In this document: positions 57,592-64,000 of the stretch, one piece after another
Position numbering within the stretch: the stretch's first letter is position 1
Layout of the letters: every line of letters begins with the position of its first letter
Assembly (NCBI GenBank): GCA_949299165.1
Contig: CASFZJ010000005.1
Span: 12,974 to 76,973, forward strand
Direction of reading: 5' to 3'
Length of the DNA: 64,000 nt
Origin: an uncultured bacterium
GTDB taxonomy: Bacteria; Bacillota_I; Bacilli_A; RFN20; CAG-826
Made by a program: the position numbers and the translations under genes
Notes under the pieces: generated by a model
Databases searched by the model: none
Seen by the model: the letters and a program-made list of their open reading frames with translations, nothing else
What the model was told of the DNA's origin: nothing

Positions 57592-59209
57592 CTTCTTTTT
57601 TTAATTTAATTGCTGCTTTGATAAATCCTAAAAATAATGGATGTGGTTTTAGTGGTCTAGATAAGAATTCTGGATGGAATTGACATGCGATAAAAAATGG
57701 ATGTTTTTTTAACTCAATGATTTCACACAAATTAGTTTGTGGATTAATGCCACTAAATACTAAATTTCCATCGCTAAAAATTTCTTTATATTTATTATTG
57801 AATTCGTATCTATGTCTATGGCGTTCTTTAATTAATTCTTGGCCGTAAAGTTCATAAGTTTTTGTGCCTTTTTCAAGTTTACATTCATACTCGCCAAGTC
57901 TCATTGTGCCACCGAGTTTTATACCTTTATATTGATCAGGGAGATAATCGATAATGTTATTTTTACAATTTTCTTCAAATTCAGTTGAATTTGCATCTTC
58001 AAGCTTTAGAACATCCCTTGCGTATTCAATCAAACTAAGTTGCATACCTAAGCAAAGACCTAAATATGGAATATGGTTTTCTCTAGCAAAGCGAATTGCA
58101 CAAATTTTCCCTTCGGTCCCTCTTTTTCCAAATCCACCAGGGACAATAATCCCTTGAACATTACCTAAATATTCTTCAACGTTTTCTGTAGTTAAATTAT
58201 CGCTATTTATCCATTCAATTTCGATTTTTCTATCAGTTGCGTAGCCCGCATATTTCAAAGATTCAACAACCGAAATATAAGCATCATGTAAAGAGACATA
58301 TTTTCCAACTAACGCAACTTTTACAGTTTTCTTTAATCGTTTAATTTTTTCAATTAATTTAATCCAGTCAGCCATATCAGCATTATCTGCACAATTTAAT
58401 TTCATATGATTCACAATTAAATCGTCTAAATGCTGTTTTTGTAAATTTAAAGCAACTTCATAAATAATTGGAACGTCTTTTACAGAGATGACCGCTTCAT
58501 CGCTTAAATTGCAGAACAACGCAACTTTCCTTTTAGATTCAATATCAATATTAGTTTCACATCTTAAAAGCAATGCATCAGGTTGAATTCCTAAACCAGT
58601 TAATTCTTTGACACTATGTTGAGTTGGCTTAGTCTTGATTTCACCAGTAGTTTTTAAATAAGGAACCAAGGTGTTATGAACAAAAAATGTATTTTCGTAT
58701 CCAAGTTCTCTTCTTAATTGTCTAATCGCTTCCAAAAATGGTTGAGATTCAATGTCGCCAACCGTTCCTCCGATTTCAACAATACAAACATCAGTATCAC
58801 TTTTTGCATTGAAAGCTTCATATAATCTATTTTTAATTTCGTTAGTGATGTGAGGAATAATTTGAATTGTAGCGCCTAAAAAAGCTCCTTTTCTCTCTTT
58901 TTCTAAAACAGTGCTATAAACTTTTCCGCTTGTAACACTACTTTCTTTGGTCAAAGAAGTATTAATTATTCTTTCATAATGGCCCAAATCAAGATCTGTT
59001 TCAGCACCATCTTTTGTGACAAAAACTTCACCGTGTTGATAAGGTGACATCGTACCTGGATCAATATTTAAATATGGGTCTAATTTCATTGAAAAAATAT
59101 TTAGCCCTCTTCTTTTTAATAGTCTTCCAATACATGCGGCACTTATACCTTTACCTAAACTAGAAACAACGCCACCTGTAACAAAGATAAATTTCATTTG
59201 CTTATCCAT
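57584..59209 (-). CDS. pyrG: CTP synthase
   Basis: KFIFVTGGVVSSLGKG and the GATase GLCLGMQ motif. Start set to the ATG at 59209 (GAGGGTGA RBS). The track start at 59221 is TTG. Confidence 0.95.
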   Translation of the reverse strand: MDKQMKFIFVTGGVVSSLGKGISAACIGRLLKRRGLNIFSMKLDPYLNIDPGTMSPYQHGEVFVTKDGAETDLDLGHYERIINTSLTKESSVTSGKVYSTVLEKERKGAFLGATIQIIPHITNEIKNRLYEAFNAKSDTDVCIVEIGGTVGDIESQPFLEAIRQLRRELGYENTFFVHNTLVPYLKTTGEIKTKPTQHSVKELTGLGIQPDALLLRCETNIDIESKRKVALFCNLSDEAVISVKDVPIIYEVALNLQKQHLDDLIVNHMKLNCADNADMADWIKLIEKIKRLKKTVKVALVGKYVSLHDAYISVVESLKYAGYATDRKIEIEWINSDNLTTENVEEYLGNVQGIIVPGGFGKRGTEGKICAIRFARENHIPYLGLCLGMQLSLIEYARDVLKLEDANSTEFEENCKNNIIDYLPDQYKGIKLGGTMRLGEYECKLEKGTKTYELYGQELIKERHRHRYEFNNKYKEIFSDGNLVFSGINPQTNLCEIIELKKHPFFIACQFHPEFLSRPLKPHPLFLGFIKAAIKLKKEDE

Positions 59210-59302
59210 AATCACCCTCAACTAAAAATTAAAATATATAAAAAAGGTCGCCCTTAATATTTTATTGATATTTATTTAATTAATCTACAATAAATGCAAT
59301 AA

Positions 59303-59403
59303 ATAAAAAGTAGTATTTTTAGCAAAATTTCCTAGGAATTTTGTTGAAAAGTACTACTTTTTTAAATATTTCTAGTATTTTTTACAAAAATATATACTTT
59401 TTT
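59303..59403. repeat. five tandem ~20-bp A-run/core/T-run modules
   Basis: Modules: ataaaaagtagtattttt, agcaaaatttcctaggaatttt, gttgaaaagtactactttttt, aaatatttctagtatttttt, acaaaaatatatacttttttt. Confidence 0.6.
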
Positions 59404-59405
59404 AC

Positions 59406-60374
59406 TTATTTACTTAAATAATCCATTGCAAGGCAGGCACAACCAATGATTCCTGCATCGTTTTTAAGTGAAGCGGTTTTAATTTCGACTTTTGGTGTGT
59501 GACTATATCCATAATGTGCTTTTTCACAATATGCTATGATTTTGTCAATTAAATAGTCACCTTGATTAGAAATTCCACCACCAATTAAAATGATTTGAGG
59601 TCTGAAAATATTACAGAAATTTAAAATACCTTCACTTAAATATTTTACATAAGTATCAATAACTTTAATTGCGGTTTCATCACCTTTTTTGGCGCATTCA
59701 AAACTCGTAAGTCCACTGACATTTTCTAAGTTGTGTGAACAATAATCCCACATGATAGAGTTTTTATTATTGATCATTTCTTTCTTTGTTAATTCAAGTA
59801 ACGCGCTTGCGCTAGCATAGGTTTCAAAACAACCTCTTCTGCCACATCCACATTCATGTCCATCAACAACAATTACAGAATGTCCAAGTTCGGTACCTTT
59901 TCCATCGATTCCTTCAAAAAGTTTATTATCAATAACAACTCCTCCACCGATTCCTGTGCCTAAGGTTAATAAGACAGCATCTTTATATCCTTTAGCTGCA
60001 CCAAATCTAACTTCAGCAAGAGCAGCAACATTTGCATCATTTGATAAAAAGACAGGTAATTCTAAATCTTTTAAATAATCCTTTAATGGAACATCTTCAA
60101 CGTGTAAGTTACATGCATATGCAATTTCTCCTTTTGTTGTATTAACAACTCCAGGAATTCCAAAAGCAATAGCTAATGGTTTTAAGTCATGACTCTTAGC
60201 ATAATCAATCATTTCGACCATTAATTCTTTAGTATCTTTAAGTAAAGCTTCAGCTCCGCCACTAACACTATTAGTCTTTTTGCTATTTTTATAAATTATT
60301 TCGCCGTTTTCAGTGACTAATCCAGCCTTAATCGACATACCACCAACGTCAACACCAATATATACATTTTCCAT
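59406..60374 (-). CDS. glk: ROK-family glucokinase
   Basis: GVDVGGMSIKAG, and the ROK zinc motif HECGCGRRGCFE. ATG at 60374, behind a GGAG RBS. Confidence 0.85.
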   Translation of the reverse strand: MENVYIGVDVGGMSIKAGLVTENGEIIYKNSKKTNSVSGGAEALLKDTKELMVEMIDYAKSHDLKPLAIAFGIPGVVNTTKGEIAYACNLHVEDVPLKDYLKDLELPVFLSNDANVAALAEVRFGAAKGYKDAVLLTLGTGIGGGVVIDNKLFEGIDGKGTELGHSVIVVDGHECGCGRRGCFETYASASALLELTKKEMINNKNSIMWDYCSHNLENVSGLTSFECAKKGDETAIKVIDTYVKYLSEGILNFCNIFRPQIILIGGGISNQGDYLIDKIIAYCEKAHYGYSHTPKVEIKTASLKNDAGIIGCACLAMDYLSK

Positions 60375-60710
60375 AGAAAAATATCTCCTTAAAATTATTT
60401 TACAAACTGAGTTTTCTAATTTCAAAAACTTGTTATAAATTTTGTGAAAAAAACAGCACAGAAATCGGTAAACAAATAGGTAAACAATAGTTTAATAAAA
60501 AGAAACAAACAGTCATAAGTTTGTACATATGTAATTTTTTTGAATTACTTATGTTGTTTTCATTATCTTTTTTCATTAAAAATTTTTAAATTTAAGTTAG
60601 GTTTTGCGCTGTTTTTCTTATTTATATACCAAATTAAACCAAATTAAACAATATTAAATTTTTGTTTTTCAAAAATTTATGCTATTAATATTTTAAATTA
60701 GGGGAAAATT

Positions 60711-62030
60711 ATGAAAAAAATAAACTTACACGAAAAACTTTATTCACGACGAATTCATAAACCAAACAGTTTCCTTTATTGGTTTTTTTATTCGTTATGT
60801 AAACTAGTGTATAAGAAAAAATATGGGATGCGACGGACCATTCAAGATGATCCAAGAAAAGAAAATGGGCCGGTTGTTGTTATTGCAAATCACGCTTCAA
60901 GAAATGATTTTCTTTTTGCAGCAATGCCTCTCTATCCGATGAAATTTAATTTTTTAGCAGCCTATAATGAATTTTTTAGAATCAACTTAGCTTTCCTTTT
61001 TAGAATTATGCAACTTATTCCAAAAAGACAATTTTATGCTGATTCATATTCAACTTTTGAAATTATTAGACTTGTTAAACAACTTAAAGCGAATGTTGTT
61101 TTTTATCCAGAAGGATTGTCATCGGTGCATGGCGCAAATCAACCATCTGCTCTTGGCACTGGAAAGCTTTTAAAATTCTTAAAAGTTCCTGTTTATTCTG
61201 TTGTTACTTCTGGTGCTTATCTAATCCAACCAAAATATAAATTTTGGAAAAAAGAAAGATATGCTCACACCGAAACAATTATCAAGAAAGTTTTTGACCC
61301 AGAAGATTTAAAGAAATTATCAATTGAAGAAATCGAAGAAAAAGTAGATGAAACTATTTATAACGACGATTATGAATGGGCAAAAAATAATCATGTTGTT
61401 TACAAAGAAAACGGCGAAGGAATTGCTGAAGATTTAGAAACTCTTCTTTATAAATGCCCAAAATGCGGAGAAGAGTTTAAGATGGAGACAAAAGGCAATA
61501 TTATTCGTTGTTCTCATTGTGGAAATGAAGCTTATATAAATAACGATTACACTATTCATCCAAAAGATGAAACATGTCGAATTCCTACAACTCAAAAGAA
61601 ACGGTTCGACTATCAACGAATTAAAGTTAGAGAAGAAATCACTAATAATCCTGATTTTGAATTTAGTGTTGATTGTGAATTAGGAATTATGCCAAAAGAT
61701 CATTTCCTATCTAGCCGTAAAACAGCTGATATTGTTGGAAAAGGCGCCATTACTTTATCACGTAAAAATGGTTTTTCTTATAAAGGAACAATGAATAATA
61801 AACCTTATGAAATGCATATATCAAATCACGACTTATATACATTCGTAATGTGCTATAACGCCAATATTATCCACTTCTTCTATGGTGGTGAATTAAGACA
61901 ATTTACATTTAAAACCAAAGGTATGCCTTCAAAAGTAATGTTAATCCAAAATGAATTGCATCGAATTGATGGCGGACCTTGGAAAATGTTAAAAGGCTTT
62001 AAATACGATGAAAACGAGTGCTTTAAATAA
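60711..62030 (+). CDS. lysophospholipid (PlsC-type) acyltransferase with zinc-ribbon-containing C-terminal extension
   Basis: HX4D motif (NHASRND), EGLSS block, CPKCG..CSHCG ribbon. GGGGAAAA RBS. Confidence 0.75.
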   Translation: MKKINLHEKLYSRRIHKPNSFLYWFFYSLCKLVYKKKYGMRRTIQDDPRKENGPVVVIANHASRNDFLFAAMPLYPMKFNFLAAYNEFFRINLAFLFRIMQLIPKRQFYADSYSTFEIIRLVKQLKANVVFYPEGLSSVHGANQPSALGTGKLLKFLKVPVYSVVTSGAYLIQPKYKFWKKERYAHTETIIKKVFDPEDLKKLSIEEIEEKVDETIYNDDYEWAKNNHVVYKENGEGIAEDLETLLYKCPKCGEEFKMETKGNIIRCSHCGNEAYINNDYTIHPKDETCRIPTTQKKRFDYQRIKVREEITNNPDFEFSVDCELGIMPKDHFLSSRKTADIVGKGAITLSRKNGFSYKGTMNNKPYEMHISNHDLYTFVMCYNANIIHFFYGGELRQFTFKTKGMPSKVMLIQNELHRIDGGPWKMLKGFKYDENECFK

Positions 62031-62041
62031 AGCTCTCTTTT

Positions 62042-62878
62042 TTAACCTAAAGTAAAATCTAAAACCATCATCAAAACAAAACCAATTAAAAACGCCATTA
62101 ATCCAAAATGATTCTTTTGGTCTGTTCCAATGGCGGTAGGCACAAGATCCTCAATTGTTACATAAATCATGCAGCCAGCCGCAAACGATAGAGCCCAAGG
62201 CATTAAAAGTTCAATAAAGTAAGTTGCTATGACACCTAAAATAGCAAATATTGGTTCAACCGCTCCTGTTGCAACACCATAGCCAAAAGCTTTGTTTGTT
62301 GATTTTAACTCGTCTTTAAAAGGCAAAGAAACAACAGTTCCTTCAGGAATATTTTGAATTGCCATTCCAACACTTAGTATTAAAGCTGGAGACATCGCTG
62401 TCCAAATATCAACTTCGTTTCCTGTTAAACCAGCTAATGCAACACCAAAAATGACTCCGGTGGATAGTCCTTCAGGTATATTATGAATTAAAACAGCTAA
62501 GAACATTTTTTGCGTTTTATTTAAAGAACTAACTTTTATTCCTTCTTCATAATTCCCTTGACAATGAATATGGTCAACCAAATGATCAATCAATAAAAGA
62601 AGTCCAATACCTAAAGCAAAACCAATAACAACCACCAAAATATTTGGCATATAATCGGTTTGATATTCGGTTGCAGGTAAAATAAGTCCAAATACGGAGG
62701 TCGAAAACATAACCCCGGCCGCAAATCCATTAAAAACTTTTTCAAGGTTTGGGCTTTTTCCTTTGTCTTTGAAAAAATAAACAAAAGCACTACCTAAAGT
62801 TGTACCAACAAAAGGAATTAATAAGCCAATAACAGTAATCAAAATACTCATAGCGGCTTGATTATATATCTTTTTCAA
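62042..62878 (-). CDS. ZIP-family divalent metal transporter (ZupT-like)
   Basis: Eight TM and duplicated HNIPEG/QNIPEG motifs. Confidence 0.85.
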   Translation of the reverse strand: MKKIYNQAAMSILITVIGLLIPFVGTTLGSAFVYFFKDKGKSPNLEKVFNGFAAGVMFSTSVFGLILPATEYQTDYMPNILVVVIGFALGIGLLLLIDHLVDHIHCQGNYEEGIKVSSLNKTQKMFLAVLIHNIPEGLSTGVIFGVALAGLTGNEVDIWTAMSPALILSVGMAIQNIPEGTVVSLPFKDELKSTNKAFGYGVATGAVEPIFAILGVIATYFIELLMPWALSFAAGCMIYVTIEDLVPTAIGTDQKNHFGLMAFLIGFVLMMVLDFTLG

Positions 62879-62918
62879 AAAGATGTAAATTTACAAAAAT
62901 AATTTTAAATTAAATTTA

Positions 62919-62940
62919 ATTGGGGTTTTGCGAGGTTTTT
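62919..62940. repeat. reverse-orientation copy of the CCTYGCAAAACCCCAAT word
   Basis: attggggttttgcgaggttttt. Its reverse complement matches 56544..56565 at nearly every position. Confidence 0.55.
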
Positions 62941-62996
62941 AATTAATTTAGTAGTTTTTTAGTACTAAAAATTAACTAAATTTTTACTTTTTTCTA

Positions 62997-63455
62997 CTAA
63001 TTAATTTTCTTTAGCAATCCTACATTTCCGACAATTTCTTCAAATCCATTTTTTAAATAAAAATTGTAAGCGTCAAAAGATTTGACTGTATCAAGCAAAA
63101 TATATGAAATATTTAATTCTTTTATTTTTATAGACAACAATTCCATAAACAAAGAACCGAGACCTCTTTTTTTGATAATCTATATCAATACAAAACTCAT
63201 CGATTCTTAACTGAGTTCCTTAATAAAAATGCATGACTCTTCCTAAAGCTATTCCTACTAGAACATCTTTACTTCCCTCGTTAATGAATAAGCCAAAAGA
63301 AAGAGATTTTTTTGATCTATCAAATCATGAATATATAAATTAAGCTGCTTTTTATCACTCCGATCATCAAACCAAGGCGCTGAAGAAAATGTGCGATAAA
63401 AGACATCTTTTATTTCTTCAAAATTTTCTTTGTTATTTAATATTTTTATTTTCAT
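62997..63455 (-). pseudogene. decayed GNAT acetyltransferase gene
   Basis: Reading needs two frameshifts, both at A7 runs (plus-strand T7 at 63307..63313 and 63167..63173). There is also an in-frame TAA at 63220..63222. The repaired reading gives the GNAT motif A: QKKRGLGSLFMELL. Confidence 0.7.
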
Positions 63456-63458
63456 AAA

Positions 63459-64000
63459 CTATTTTATACTATTTATACTTTCTTTAAGAAATGCTTTCAC
63501 TTTATCCAAATCGCTTGAAGTTAAAATAGGTAAAATTTCTTTGATTTCATCTTCTTCCTTGTTCCACCATTTAAATTTTAGCAACAAGTCTATCATTTCA
63601 TCATCAAAACGGAATTTTATAACTCTAGCTGGGTTCCCAACCGCTATTGCATAAGGTGGAATATCTTTTGCAACAACAGAATAAGCTCCAATTATTGCTC
63701 CATCGCCAATGTGAACACCAGGCATAATAACTGCATTATGACCAATCCATACATCGTTACCAACAACCGTATCGCCTTTATGTGGCAATTCATCAATATG
63801 CGGTGTAGAACATTTTCTCCAGTCTTCATTCATGATATTAAACGGATAAGTTGTTATGGAGTTCATTCGATGATTCGCCGCTCCCATTATAAAAGTTGCT
63901 CCTTCAGCAATGCTTACAAAATTACCAATTATTAATTTTTCACCGAAAAATTCATAGTTAAATAAAACATTTTTCTTTTCAAAATCAAGCGGATTAGAAT
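63459..64000 (-). CDS. hexapeptide-repeat xenobiotic O-acetyltransferase (Vat/CatB-like), 5' end outside the window
   Basis: [39 protein letters not shown] left-handed beta-helix repeats, GNPARVI. The frame stays open upstream of the track Met through position 64000. Confidence 0.8.
   Translation of the reverse strand, partial: SNPLDFEKKNVLFNYEFFGEKLIIGNFVSIAEGATFIMGAANHRMNSITTYPFNIMNEDWRKCSTPHIDELPHKGDTVVGNDVWIGHNAVIMPGVHIGDGAIIGAYSVVAKDIPPYAIAVGNPARVIKFRFDDEMIDLLLKFKWWNKEEDEIKEILPILTSSDLDKVKAFLKESINSIK

Noticed and set aside
59201-59209. TTATCCATA near the pyrG start as a DnaA box.
   Set aside because: It is a single one-mismatch occurrence overlapping the start codon region, with no cluster and no AT-rich unwinding context specific to an origin.

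Overview
The window is 64 kb of very AT-rich DNA (about 30% GC by eye) from a low-GC Bacillota/Mycoplasmatota-like bacterium (Acholeplasma- or Erysipelotrichia-like). It uses the standard genetic code: long conserved proteins are intact under code 11, TGA ends several genes, and a frameshift-regulated RF2 gene is present. Gene density is high: about 60 CDS, one tRNA-Ser, no rRNA, no CRISPR and no obvious mobile element. Most genes are on the minus strand, often with overlapping stop/start codons. Housekeeping blocks: nfnAB, eno, pepC/pepS, folD, secG, uvrB, yitT, prfB, secA, comFA-comFC, rpiB-tsaC-prmC-prfA, dnaX-ybaB-recR-tmk-holB-yaaT-rsmI, rluA-like, pyrG, glk. Accessory blocks: a GPH transporter/GH13/GH36/GH2 glycoside operon; a TrmB-MFS-SGNH esterase operon; a collagen-like SGNH lipoprotein; and a Vat-like acetyltransferase beside a decayed GNAT gene. 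Candidates most worth follow-up: (1) a tightly coupled operon with an internally duplicated DUF1538-like membrane protein, two PII-like signalling proteins and a 12-TM MFS transporter fused to a GH2 glycosidase; (2) a dispersed family of intergenic arrays built from ~20-bp A-run/core/T-run palindromic modules, plus a ~20-nt GC-richer word (AAAAACCYTGCAAA..); (3) a divergent ThyX-fold protein with a broken RHR signature, translationally coupled to folD and a 2-hydroxyacid dehydrogenase; (4) comFA, which seems to start at AUU behind an SD-sequestering hairpin. All functional calls come from motif recognition by eye. No database search was run.
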